From the NCBI GenBank assembly GCA_002269645.1, contig NIVC01000249.1, forward strand, positions 1 to 64,000: a stretch of 64,000 bases of DNA, in the 5' to 3' direction. Of this stretch, positions 37,901 through 50,958 are shown piece after piece. Source of the stretch: Macrostomum lignano (Eukaryota). Below the pieces are notes generated by a model. That model saw only the letters and a list, made by a program, of their open reading frames with translations, made no database searches and was not told where the DNA came from. How positions within the stretch are numbered: position 1 is the first letter of the stretch; each line of letters begins with the position of its first letter. Both the position numbers and the translations under genes were made by a program.

Positions 37901-40530
37901 GAGCTTCATAGTTTCTTGGAGTACAAGACGGTTGGCACCCACTTCGCTAGTAGAGAGTGTTTGGCTAAGTTAAATAGAAAAAATTACTGTGCAAGCCACC
38001 CAGTCTGTGGCAAACTTGACCTCGCGAAGTCAGACATCTGTCAGGCAGTTCGACCAGACTAAACTCGCCGGATAGCATAGCCATCAAAGAAGTTGAGCCG
38101 CAATCAGCGGGAATAATGAGGAAATCTCTCCGATTACAATAAATCGATGCCCCCAATCGATAAGTGCCAGAGCTTGGACAGGCGATTTCTCTACCAATAC
38201 ATTTTAGTACAAGTGAAGCAGCGCAAACAAAACCGCTATGGGAAATCTCTGTGGCAGTATGTTGCCTAGGCATTGGGCATATCGGTGGTTTGACCCTTAT
38301 TACCATTGGAAAGACGGATCCGATAGAAGTATTGCGCATAGTCAGCCTGTACTTCTAAAAAAGTTACGTATTCTGAAATAGTAAACTATTTAACCATCAG
38401 TAACTAATTAAAATCTGCAATTTTCCTTCCGCATCACTGCCGTCCCTAGCTCACTGTTTCTAAATGGCTAGGTCACACAATTTAGTTGAGGTGCAAGTAG
38501 GTGACAGCAATATGCAAGACTCAGTAGTTAGCATCGGTTGCTGAATCTACTGAGAAAAAACACAATAGCGAAAGATATTCCTGCGGTGTAGTGTCGTTTC
38601 CTGTTATGCTCTTCTACGCGTGCAAGCATTTGGGCGGCAGTGTTGCGAATAGCAAAAAAGAACAGCCCAAGTTAGAGGGACAACGACAAGCCGATGGGAA
38701 GGCCTCAGGGCTCAGCTATTAGCTATTAGCTGGGGAGTGTGTCTCCCCAGCCCTGTCGCCCGGCTAAAATCCCCTCATTAATGCCGAGGAAGGCCGCTTT
38801 CAACTCTGCAAGCAACAGACGCAGCATTCGGGGTGCTGTGGCGGCAGATTGTAATCGTCAAGCAAGCTGGAGCCTTATGGAAGTCTGACTCCGAGCCATG
38901 AGAGGAGTAGAGCAGAGATGCAGTTCAGAGGATGCTGCGCCCAGAACTGTATTCTTTTTTGCATTGCATCGTATTTTTATCTCTTAAACTGCAGCAAACA
39001 GCCGCTCTTCAGATGCTCTGAGCAGTCCTGCAGCTGACAGGCTTTTAAAATAATAATAGAGAAGTTGAAGAGCGGCACAAAAATTCCGCCCGAATTAAGC
39101 CGTAGGAAATGGAAATCGGAAATGAAATTTACAGAAAACCGATTAAGTTATTTTTAGTTGGCAGTGTCTCATCTTGCATCCTTACGGTCATCGTTGCTTT
39201 AGGGCGAGCCGTTCTCAACGTCTCGAAGCGACATTTTTCTCTTCATTCCAGTACAAACAACGGGCAAGCGGCTGTGAGTTGCCAACCAGCCGTCCGCCTT
39301 CTACATCGGAGAGAACTATTCAAAACCAGCGTCTCCCCGCGCCCTTCTCGTCTTCCATTCAAAACGAAGAAAAAAACGATTTTTTCCCTCGGGGCAGGAG
39401 GAAGAGAGGAAGTCGAAGAGGTCCCCGCCTTCTAGTTCGCGAAACCGTCGATACCCGAGGGGCCAAGGACCTCCATTAATCACGCGGGAGGGCCTCGGTT
39501 CGGGACTTAAGTCGTGAGGACCGCGGCCAGAGACGCTAGAGGGGAAGGGATGGGAGAAAAAGAAATCTGAGCATCTCTTCAAATGCACTGAGTCTCTTAT
39601 TGTGAGCTGGCATGACGGTCAGGCACAGAAACGAGAAATGTGACTAATTCCAGTCGCGATCTACGCGAAAAGGGCGGCAAGCGAGTCTTACAAGAGTCGC
39701 ACTGTAATCGTTTGCTGGAAGCGCGGGACATTATTAGGAACAGTCAACTTGCTGAATGCTGCGTAGACCTTTGAGTAATACGAGCTAGTAAAAATATAAA
39801 TTTGAAACAGCTAATCGGGCATAAAGAATTTCCGACTCGGCACTACTCGTCTTAAGATTTTTATATTCGAATCAATAAGCATTAAATATTGCTTTGGTGA
39901 TTCCTTATTTTTGACAGCATTCATTTCGGGCATCAAATTCATTTGAAGACAGGATGCTCTAAAATAAAGGAAGAAATATTGAACGAAAAGAGTAGAATTT
40001 CGGATGTCCACTCCGCAAGCCAAGCTCTTCGCAACCCCTCAGGCCATCGAGAAGGGGAAATCTTCCAAGTGCCTCCTCCGAAGACAAGTAGGCCGGCGTC
40101 CCGCACCGTCCCGCTCTCTTCTGCATTCGATCAGCTTGACTAACTGAACTGTAGCAGATGTTCCTATCTTGCATTTCCTTCCTTATTTTTCCATTTCTTT
40201 TTTCTGCTTCTCTTTTCACTTCCTTCCAGGGCGGTTCGCCCCAAGGGGCCGTATTGGCTGCCCAACTGAGTGGCCAATAGCTGCCCAAATGACAATGAGC
40301 AGAGAAAGGCAGTATAGCTGGGAGGAGTGTAGATGTGGAATGCACCAGGAAGCTTTTACTTGAAGACAGCACATCTCGACTGATATTAGCATTCGAGGTT
40401 TCGAAATTTTTTAAATTTCACGAACTCTTCTAAAGACGATATTGTTTTTCTGCTTTAAGGTCTCAACGCCACTTTCCTAAATACTGCGTGTTGAATTCGA
40501 GAGGCAAGCAGCAGCTCCTACTCAGGTGGC

Positions 40531-42446
40531 ATGCACAGCCGTCGCTGCCACGTTAGCAATAGCGGCGATGGCCGCGGTCGAAGAGGACGCGAGGACATCG
40601 CCTCATCAGGAGATCATAGGCGCCCCTATCGACAGGACCCCAACGCGTCCTCGTCAACAGAAGATCGGCCTCCGCAGATGCGTCCTGGCGGCCAGATAGT
40701 CTCGGTGGTGCTATCCTTTTCTAAGAAATCAACAATCCACGGTCTGAACCACATTGCCCAGGCTCGCAGCACTCGACGTCGCGTGTTCTGGATCCTCATT
40801 CTGGGCGCGGCAAGTTGTGGATTTCTTACCAACCTCTACCAAATTGCGATCAAGTACCTGCAGACTCCGGTACTCACGAATGTAAAGCACGATCACTTAT
40901 CATTCAAGTTTCCAGATATTACGGTGTGTAACATCAATCCAATTCACTTTCCTCCAAGAGAAACTCGACAGTTTGAAAATCTCGTGAATGCTATTCACGA
41001 GTTTCACGCCACTCATGCAAAATACAGAAGGATATTTGAAAATATCACTAACTGGAAGAAACATCTTTTCAAAGGCTTTTCGAGGAACGTCTTTGTATCA
41101 GATTTTTTGTACATGCGCAGAGACATTAGCCTGTATAGCATTCCGCATGAGATCTTTGTGCAAGACTGCCGCTACATGGGCATGGACAAAAATGCATGCT
41201 CATCGGCTTGGATCACGCACAGGCGTTGGCCGTACGGAGCCTGCTACCAGCTAAATATCACCCAACTTGGGCGCGACGCTATTAGCAGGTCGAATGTGAA
41301 GGCTTTCACTAGCGGTTTTAGACCGGACCTCTTTCTACTGCTCTATAAGAGTGTCGACTATCCCAGTGAGTTCCAGCACTTGGACACCCACGGCACCATC
41401 AAGATGCCTTCCGGTGTGCTGCTTATGTTGCATGAGCAGGGAACCTATCCTCAGATTAGTGAAAGCTTCCTGCTGGACAAGTACGCTCAGGTCGATTTGC
41501 ACATGACCAGGAAGCAGCACCTGAGGAAGCTGCAGCTCTGTGAGTCGCAACGGGATCTCTATGACTATGTTGACATTGAGACACTCGAACGCCGGTACTA
41601 CAAAGAAACTCGAACGGATTGCGTGGAAAATATTACCCAAAATGCCTTCAAGCGGCACTGCAATTGCATCAATCATGAGTATCCTCTAAAGAACGACGAT
41701 GTCAACTACCCTTTCTGCTCCGACTTTGAATGGTTTTACAAAAACTTTACTGAAAGACACTGTCCAGCGAAAAAAGACGAGGAAGTTCTCCGTGCCGACC
41801 CGCTGCGCACCTGCTACAAGATATGTGCGAGCACACAGTGTACTCAACAGTCATCAGCCAAGCTAACTTTCCCGCCGTTGTCGAACGTAAAACCCACTTT
41901 GGCTGGCTGAAACTCCTGGCCAGAATGGAGGAAACTGAATTAAAAAAGTACAACAGTACAGATCTGGCGTTCAAAGCGCTTAAACTAAACGAAACTACGA
42001 AAAACATTAACATTAGCAGTGCCTATAGTAGGCGCCTTGTAGAGCTGCTCAACATCGATTTTATAGAGAGAAACTTCATGTACCTTCGAATCGTGCCGTC
42101 ATCGCTGTTCGCTGACGAGATGCTTGAAGACGAGGAATACCCCCTGAGTCGATTTCTCACCGATGTTGGCGGCTGTGTCGGTCTCTGGGTCGGCGCCTCT
42201 CTCATTACTGTGTTCGAGTTTTGCGACTTATTGCTCGACTTTCTCGGCTTGAAGACAATCAGAAAAAAATGCCAGAGGCGGCAAAACGGACAGGCGTTGA
42301 CGAACCCAGCCGAAGCAAACAAGTGGACTGCAACGTCAGTGGTGGCAGTCGATTATCCAGAGTTGAGCGAAAGCCCTCTGGTTGGGCGAAGCCGTTCGGG
42401 AGACACCTCGAACTCGGTGCAGCTTGGAATGGTGTCCAGCGTCTAG
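40531..42446 (+). CDS. DEG/ENaC (ASIC-like) sodium channel subunit, intronless, with one frameshift near 41820
   Basis: N-terminal STIHG motif, TM1, FPDITVCN, GACYQLN, Cys-rich thumb, then in the second frame CEHTVYSTVISQANFP and TM2 FLTDVGGCVGLWVGASLITVFEF. The frames join at TGCTACAAGATATGTGCGAG. Confidence 0.9.
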
Positions 42447-44499
42447 GCCCAGTCCCGTCGCAGCTAAAGACTGTAACTCATTCTGATTTTGTTTGCCAAC
42501 TTATGAGTATTCTTGCATTGAGTTTCGACATTTTCCTTGACTATTTCTATGAAAGGGTGTGTGTCAAAAATCTAGAAATTACTCAATGCTGTACAGCGAT
42601 CTGCTTCAAATTTTTTGCTAAACCCGAAAGTTCTGGTTTGGAGACAAATTTGCTGATGCGATGCAGCTCAAGTTCAGTTAAAAACTTTGTTTTCACCGCA
42701 TCTGTTTTCGATTCCTTCTGTTAATGCTGCACGTTTAATCTGCCTCATCAAATTTCATTACTTCAACCCTGCGAAGAATACAACACGTTCCTTCTTTTAG
42801 CTTTAATCAACTAATACGAGCGTAAAATGGATGGTGCTGCATCCGGGGTCGCCCATCACTGGAATTATAAAATATATGCAGCCGGCGCTTAAGATTTAAT
42901 TTGCGCAGTTGGATCATATCCATGTAGATTATGAGTTCCGTCATATCCTCGTATCATTAGTACTTTGTTGGGAAATCTACGAGTCCATAATGCTATTTGA
43001 TAGTCGCTAGGTTTTCACTGAAAATTTGAGACATTGGCCATTCACTTTCTGTCTCTGTTGGACCAAAATTTGCACGCGATGAGGCAGAAAGGAAAACGAC
43101 AGCTCCCAGTGTCAACCCTGGAACTGTTTGCTTAACCTGATGCCCACGCCTCGGGATGGGTTTCTACCAGCGCGCCTCAGACGCTTGGGACACGATCGGG
43201 TGCGCTGAAGCGCCTGCAGGACGAGGTCAGCGGCTGAGAGAGTGCGAAGGGAGAAGGAGAGGTTAGTGAAGTGGATGAAGAAAAGATAGGAATATAAGAG
43301 AGGGAGCCGCGCATAGCTCCGACGCCGACTGAGTTAACGAAGTTTACTCGGAATGATGAACATGAAGCCCGGCTAAAATTACTCCTCAAATCCTGCTCTC
43401 CCAGAATAGAAGTGCGAGCTAGACATCAGCTGCTCTCGTCTCCCTCTCTCTTGAGGAGTTTCGTATCCATTCAAACTTTCCCTGCTCAATCTCCAGTTCT
43501 TACTCTTTTAGCACATTATTTAGCGATATTCGCATGGTCGAGCGGCGAGGAGGCCGGGAGTAACACTAATGCCTTCATTTTGTCGAGTAGTATTAGTAGT
43601 GCTAAGCCGACAGTGCTTTTCTGGGGAAAGAAATGATTTTTGAGGAATATTATAGCTGGCAATAGTCTGACTGTCTGTATCCGCAAGCGGGGCCGGGCTG
43701 GAAAACAGCGCTCAAAATGAAGAATGATAGACACTTGACATGTGGTGGAGGCGGCTTTGGAGCTAAACCCATGGCTGGCTGGCTGCATGAAGGCTTGCAT
43801 TGGCGGGGCTAGCAGCGGTTGTCAGCAGGACCTGCCTCGGAGTGTCAGTCAATTGGACTCGCTCAGTCTGGCAGGCCATTGCCAATTTCTGTTCGGTGGC
43901 TCCAAGACAACTGCGCCAATGCGTGTCAAGGCGCTCAGCGCTGGGGATTTCAGGCCAACCCCGCCTACCGTATTTAGCTCTCGCTCTCATTCTCATTGTC
44001 ATTTCTCTCTCAGCCTGTCGTGCAGTTCCAGCCTACACCTTCTGTTCGCAAATAGAAGAATAACAATATTCTATTTAAGTCGTCCCTATCCGATCCCTGA
44101 GTCCAATGGTTTCAGCTCCGTGCAGCTAGCCATATGGGGGCGGAGAGAAAACTGAACCATTGTCGTGGAGACGAAAAATTTGTTAAGACCAAATTTGCCT
44201 TATCAGAAGATTAAATTTGGACGCTTATTGAGCGAATTGGCTACCTGGGGTATCCATCCCAGGGGACGCGTGGCGCATTTGCCCTTACCACACCCAGGAG
44301 AGCCTACGTAGTTTCAAAGCAGAAAATAGGGCACCTTTCCTGATTAATAAAGCGCATTAGTTCAGGCAACCTTATAATATGTAACCAATACCACACAACA
44401 ATCTATCTCAGGAACTCGGTATAAGCTAGTCACATAGATAAAATAGCACGTACGTACTTAATTGGTACAAAAAAACAACAAAATATGTTGTCAGCCAGT

Positions 44500-45290
44500 C
44501 ACGCGAGTCATGAGCGGCAAAAGGCAGCGTCAACAGGGCCCGCAAACGTAGGCTGCAACGCCGGCAGTGTCCGTCAGCCAGCAGGCAGTCGACGAAACAC
44601 GCCGAGTGAGTGCTTCTCCCAGTCGGTAGGGTGCCTGCAAGCGTCAGCACTTCCTGCACCGGCTGCGGGCAGTAAGACTCGGCGCGGATGATGTGGCCTG
44701 CCAGCTGGAGTCGTCGACGGCGCAACAATTCGATAGGCCGATAGGCTGATGCGGCGATAGAATGCCGCATTGATGACATGCTCGTAGCCGATCTTGCAGG
44801 GTGGCGCGCATGCATCGACCTGCTGTTCGAGCGAGTCCGTCAGCGTCCAGGTCTCCAGGCTTTGTACAACAGGACGGTCTCGATCACCGTCTCAAGCTTA
44901 ACTGTCCTGAAATCTTGTAGTACGTCTTCATGCATCATTATGAACACATCTGGTTTGTGAATACCTGCTGTTGGCAGTCCACGTATCGACGGGTTCGGGC
45001 CTGACCCCGCCTGAAAGGGCCCTGCAATGTGACCAGCAGGACATCCTGAACTGGTTGGGGGCAGTAGCCCTCTGTCCGCCAGTTGAAGTCGCCGCCGGAG
45101 CAGGATGATGGACGGGCGCTGCAGCTTAGCTCGATCGTACAGGACCTCGGTTCCGACGCTCTCGTCAGCTCGAAAGGCCGCACGGAGCAGCCCTGAGTGC
45201 GCCGAGTCCAGCTGCCACTCTAGCGTAGCCGGCAGCGTCCACGTCTCGGCGTTGTAGAGCAGGACGTGAATTGGTGGCCGCTGATTTTTG
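44500..45290 (-). mobile_element. RTE-like non-LTR retrotransposon 3' fragments, rearranged tandem copies
   Basis: LLYNAETWTL..QLDSAHSGLLRAA..LRRRLQLA (45280-45050) and a second copy RRRRLQLAGHIIRAESYCPQPVQEV (44760-44600), plus a displaced ETVLLY piece. Confidence 0.75.
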
Positions 45291-46610
45291 CAAACTATGT
45301 TATTCAATACCGAGGTTGACCCCCCATGTCATGAATAGATGGGCTTTAATTGCCTTTGAAAAAGCACATAAAGACACGGGGTAGCGAGAGCAGGTACGGA
45401 ATTCTACCATGGTCTGCAGCAAACAGGAAGTAGAGCATGGGGTACATACTGCAGCTTGCATTTGTTTCTACCAATTTGTTCTGGCCACTGCTAGCTGCAC
45501 GCTGTTCAGCATCGCCTCCTCCCCGAGGCAGCACAGGCAGAACTGCTAAATCATTTCAGTTCGTTAGCAAGCCAGGGTCGCTACAACATACGTTTAGCTG
45601 TGTCAGCCACACTGGGCTGTGCTGTAGTTACTGCCGATTCGAGAAAATTTAAGGAATGCCAATTGAGATTTCCAGTGAGGCCTTCCAAATTTAGCGCTAC
45701 CTCATTTGAAAGCCTGCACACTCGATGATCCTCCTAGAAGCAGAAAAGAGAGATGAAGAAAGCAGCGGCTGCATGCCTGTTCTAAACTATTTAGTGCCTT
45801 TACAACTGTGTGCGAGCCGAGACCAAAGCCAGTTCTATCACAAAATTCTTCGATACCTCACATTCCATTGCTTCTTTAGGCAAGGATCGAATCAGCTCGC
45901 AAGCAAGCTTTCCACAAAACTTACATTTTACTCTTACTACTGGGGTCCCGTTTGCTTGGGGAGTAGACTAGCCGATGAATATATTAAACTGGTAAAAGTC
46001 GGCAGCAACGAAAGACTCTATGTAACGCTCGTGGAAAGATAAATACAGGTAGCAGTGCAGTGGGATGATGGGTATAATAGAGATCGAGAGCCCGAACGGT
46101 ATAGACGTCTAACGAAAATATCAGCATACTATAAAATGATTCAAGTCGCACTACAACGCAAAGTTTCACAAGAAAGACACTGTAAACTGTTTCTACATAT
46201 ATTCAATTAGCAGCAGTACTGTATAGTATTAACCTGTACAATCATTAGCTAACTTCCAACTAGAGATTTTCGCGCAAAAGTCTAACGTTTTCACGAAGCC
46301 ACGGTGATTCGTTTTCACCGTGGCGAGGCAGGTCGACGTTCCATCCGGCTGTTGACTGATTGCGACCTGTCTGCTTCGTACAAATCATTTCAGAGGGGCG
46401 CTCTCGCGTTCCCCTCTTAAGGATGGGGTGGCAACGAGGGTCGCACCGCAAAAATTGTTTGGCACTTTTTATGCCTGTGTTGCTGGCCTTGATCTGTCAT
46501 GACGGATTATCGGGCTTGAAATATTCACCCATCTGATAACCCCCTGGACTGGGCCTGATTTCTGGCGCCACTATCTGGATCGGCACAGACTTGAACACGT
46601 GAGCGGCTTC

Positions 46611-46852
46611 CTTTCACAACAGGTAAATGATCGTACACAACCAGGTGAGTGACGTCCTTTCACAACAGGTAAATGATCGTACACAACCAGGTGAGTGACG
46701 TCCTTTCACAACAGGTAAATGATCGTACATAACCAGGTGAATGACATCCTTTCACAACAGGTAAATGATCGTACATAACCAGGTGAGTGACATCCTTTCA
46801 CAACAGGTAAATGATCGTACATAACCAGGTGAGTGACATCCTTTCACAACAG
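46611..46852 (+). repeat. 46-bp minisatellite carrying two 5' splice-site consensus matches per unit
   Basis: Unit ctttcacaacag|gtaaatgatcgtacacaaccag|gtgagtgacgtc, about 5.2 copies. Confidence 0.95.
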
Positions 46853-47789
46853 CCTGAGCTCCCAGCAAGAATTGGTAAGCGCAATTAGCGCGGAGATACA
46901 TGCAATTCTTTGTTGATTTGGCAAAACTGAAACAGATGCGTCCAACTTTAGAGAACTTGGTTCGTCTCGTTTGTGCACATGTAAGGTAGGATTTCACGAA
47001 ATTTAGATCCGTTTGCCTGCTGCGCCAGAGAAAATTCAGCTGCAATATTTGTCTGCTGTGAAAAATTCTTTCCAGGTTACAATTTGTCAAAAAGACTCAC
47101 AGAGATGAATGCTAAAATGTTTTCTCACAGTTGCTCCACCAATGTGTACAGACACTGTATATGTACACTGCATACAGGGAATATGTTAGCACACGCCAGA
47201 CTGGTGCATTAGTCAGAGTAAAATGATTTTTATACCGCTTGTATAATAAAACAACTACAATGCACTTAAGTAGCATATCTTGGTTACACTGTAAGTGTGA
47301 CTTTAGCATTTTACGAGTATACCCGCGTTTCACAGCTAAGTCTTCGATCATTATACTCACAGCGCTGAGGCGTTGGGCTCACTTTATACTAATCCATACG
47401 ATATGGCTTCATCTGACTGCATTCTAGCTAGGACCACTTGAATTACGAATTATCGTCTTCTGGAGTAGATCATTCGACCCGCTCTGTTTACGACAAAGTT
47501 ATTTTTGCTGGATGCTATTTTGAGGTTTCAGTCCATTAGCGACTCAATGTGGTAACATCTTTAACTGAAATACTTCCATATGGATCGTATACAAGGTATT
47601 CGATAAGCTTGTTGTACAATGTACTGTATACTGTATGTACATGTAAAGATGAATATAATTAAATTCACCGACACTAAGCTAAACTTCTTTATGAATGCAA
47701 TGCAATTCGTCTTCGTCGATCTCCTTGGTTGGTGTCAATTAGTGTAACTGTAGGAGTACACAAGTTCGAGCAAAATCGTCTTTTTATAA

Positions 47790-48175
47790 GAAAATTTTAT
47801 GCTCAAAACGTTTTATTTGGTCAGTGAAGTATCCGTAAAGCGCATTTTCGGCCCCATTTTTCTGCTTCGACAATTTTCGGAATTGGCACCTTAAAATTTT
47901 GGTCGTTGCGCAGTGCTACATGACATGTACGCATTAATTTTTATGACTTAACAGAATAGAAAATCACATAAAATTTAAGTTTTTGTTTGAGTGGGCTGGC
48001 GCAGGCGCTAGCCCAATGCCAGCCCTGCGCCAGCCCACTCAAGCAAAAATTTAAATGCCTGGGAAATGAAGCCAGTGTGATTTAATGAGCTGAAATATTT
48101 TAGGGAATAACTTTTAAACCATATTCTATTCGATTTTACTACAACCGCATCTGGGGCATGAGCATAAAATTTTGA
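47790..48175. mobile_element. Degenerate palindromic (MITE-like) element with a central GC hairpin
   Basis: Central arms ttgagtgggctggcgcagg / cctgcgccagcccactcaa (~47987-48042). Outer inverted match aaaattttatgctca / tgagcataaaatttt. Confidence 0.5.
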
Positions 48176-48952
48176 CGCGGCTGAGACGCGGCTAGCGACA
48201 TGAAAGTAATAACACTATGTGTGTAATTCCTCCAAGTCGTCCTTAAACATTATATATGCCTTAGACATTTAAAGGCATTATTATGTCATCTTAAAACTAC
48301 GAAAGGCTAAAGTTCTTTGTTTTATTTTAAAATTTTGATAACAGCTTAACAAAAAAGAGAAGCTTTTGTTTATTTGTGGTTTTAAATATCTGTGCAATTT
48401 AAAAAAGTAACCTTTCTAAGATATATTGCGAAGTTTGGAATAGAAAATTTGAGCAGTAAGTGAGTTCGTAGATGTGCGATTATGAATGGATCGATACTGA
48501 CTTAGTAAATTTCTTTAGTGAATCATTGTGACTTATTGTTTAAATAGCTTCCCAAACTTCTCACTTTTGAAAACATGTTTGCCATATTTGGTTGTCAGGT
48601 AGTACACCCCACAGAGACAGATATCGATGATACTGTTTCCCGACCTAGTGCAACTACAAGCATTGTGAATGATTCAACTTTAGAAGCTGAAATCAATAGA
48701 GAATCTAATTCTGACGGAGACTCTTCGAGTGGAAGTCAGCTGGAAGGCAAAGTGATAGTTCAATTGTGAGTTATTGGCTGATTATTCAGTTGTACTAGTA
48801 TTAATTTCATGACAAATTATTAATTTCAGGCCTAATCATATCTGTAAATACTTTTTTAACAATCTTTATTTGATTTTATCTAGATTTAATTGCAAATCTT
48901 TTAAATTAATTATACTCTATGTCTTTACAAACACTTGGCTTTAGCCTTTAGG

Positions 48953-49359
48953 ATCTTTCATTTATGGCAGTGCTTATCCCCACGGTACCGTAGGAATAAT
49001 TTCTGTCTTATTCCAACGGTACCGTGCGAATAATTTTCTGCTTATCTGCATGGCACACTGAGGAGATAGCTGCCCTATCTTCTACATATGCCGTGGGAAC
49101 TACACAAAAAATTCTTTCTCATAGAAAAGTCGTTAAATCTTTATTTCTTTAGAACAAATGTTCAAGCCAAGTTATGTTATTATACTGCACTCAAATCGTA
49201 TGTACTAAACTTCCCACATGGCATATGTAGAAGATAGGGCAGCTATCTCGTCAGTGTGCCATGCGGATAAGCAGAAAATTATTCGCACGGTACCGTTGGA
49301 ATAAGACAGAAATTATTCCTACGGTACCGTGGGGATAAGCACTGCCATAAATGAAAGAT
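48953..49359. mobile_element. Foldback/MITE element: ~148-bp inverted arms around a ~110-bp spacer
   Basis: 48953-49099 versus the reverse complement of 49211-49359 differ by 2 substitutions and a 2-nt indel. Each arm has two ACGGTACCGT palindromes. Confidence 0.9.
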
Positions 49360-50069
49360 TTATGGCATATTATTAAAGTTATTAAAAACTTCTAAAATTT
49401 AAAGAATTTTATGTTATAAAAACTGGTAACAATTCTTACAAATTATTTATTGATCAAGCAAATTTACACCATTGCCATGGACTAACTGTACCATACTTTG
49501 GATAGTATAACATGGTACACTAGAAAAAATTCTCTTGTTACAGTATACAAAATATATGCTACTTTTATATCATAGAAAAAAAATATTGACAATAAAGTAT
49601 CTTCTTTGCTATTGCAAAAATAAAAGACCTTTTTTATAATTGTGACAACAAAAGATCCTTTTTTATATTTGTGAAATTATTTGAGAAATATGCAATTGAA
49701 AAAAACTCATTTTAAATTTTTTAAAGAAATGCTTTTTAACATGCTTGGGCACAACCTTGGGATTCACTTGGCTGTTTCTATTGGCAACACACTCATATAA
49801 GTTGCTATTGGATAGAATAGTAGTCATGTGACTACTCTTAGCCAATAGTGACTTACATGTATGTGTTGCCAATAGAAATGGCCAGGTGATTCCCAAAGTT
49901 GTGCATATATGCTTTTAAACAAAAACTTTCCTCTGACATGAAGGCAAAACAAATTATTACCAATAACCTTTTACTTATATAACTATTTTGCATATATTTA
50001 TTTATAAATATAGTATTATTCTTCCCAAAAAGTAGTTAGAAAATTACACAGTTGATCAAAACTTGTTAA

Positions 50070-50900
50070 TTAGTAAATGACCCTTTTCAAGGCAACATTT
50101 TCATAACACAAAACTGAGCATAAGATAGCATAAGCTACCTTACATCTTCTTATGTCACTAGCAATGGCTAGCAAGTTTCTACCAAAGTATATAAAATGTT
50201 GGCAGTATAGAAGTGGGGTCATGTCCTTGAAGTAGTTAGGTCCATTAGCATAATAGACTCCAATCTTTTGTGCAATCAGTATGAAACTGACCCTCGTTAC
50301 CACTTTAGTCAAGCTATTTAGTAGTCATTGAGCACCTTCAACTTGAAGATAGCAATATAAGTATGTTTATATAGCTGAGCACATAGAGATACTTCTCTAG
50401 GTGCTACTGGCTTGGATAGTATCTTAAGTAAGACATCATTGCTAGTATATAGTTCAGGAAAGCCAGTCTTTAGCACCTGTTCTAGTACTAATATGAATAG
50501 AAAAGGTGCTAGTATGACACCTTGAAATATGCTAGAAGATAGGAAATGAGAAAGTTGTTAATGTTTTTCTTTCCATGCAATGCCCAGCTTCTTTAAGATT
50601 ATCATGATGTGTACTATTATCCATTTATAGGGTATAGTCCCTTTAGTAAGGATATTGACTCTTGGGATTTTCAGCATCTTAAAAGGCACCTTGTCTAGAC
50701 TAATGGTGCAGCCACCTAGTGCAATGCAAGCAAACTGCACTATGTTGGTGCTAGTTACTGACTAATTGTTGAAATCATCTTGCAATAGTAGCATTATTGC
50801 TGATAGTAATGTCAGTGGTGGCAAGTTCATGATACTAGTGAAGAAGTCATATAGCTTATCTTTGCATGCTTCTAAGGTATTGCCAGCCAGTTTCAGTGCA
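50070..50900 (-). mobile_element. Old, heavily mutated RTE-like reverse transcriptase remnant
   Basis: Minus frame FQGVILAPFLFILVLEQVL (~50515-50470) matches the RT motif QGDxLAPFLFILVL; downstream QHFIYFG..DIRRCKVAY resembles the YLG...I.RRI region. Many stops. Confidence 0.6.
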
Positions 50901-50958
50901 ATAATTCTAGAAAGTTAAAGAGTAAATTGTTCCTTGGCCTCTAGAGCCTAGCAGTCTA

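Noticed and set aside
39380-39440. RELEGGDLFDFL resembling a kinase hinge motif
   Set aside because: No other kinase motifs (VAIK, HRD, DFG) in frame or in nearby exon candidates.
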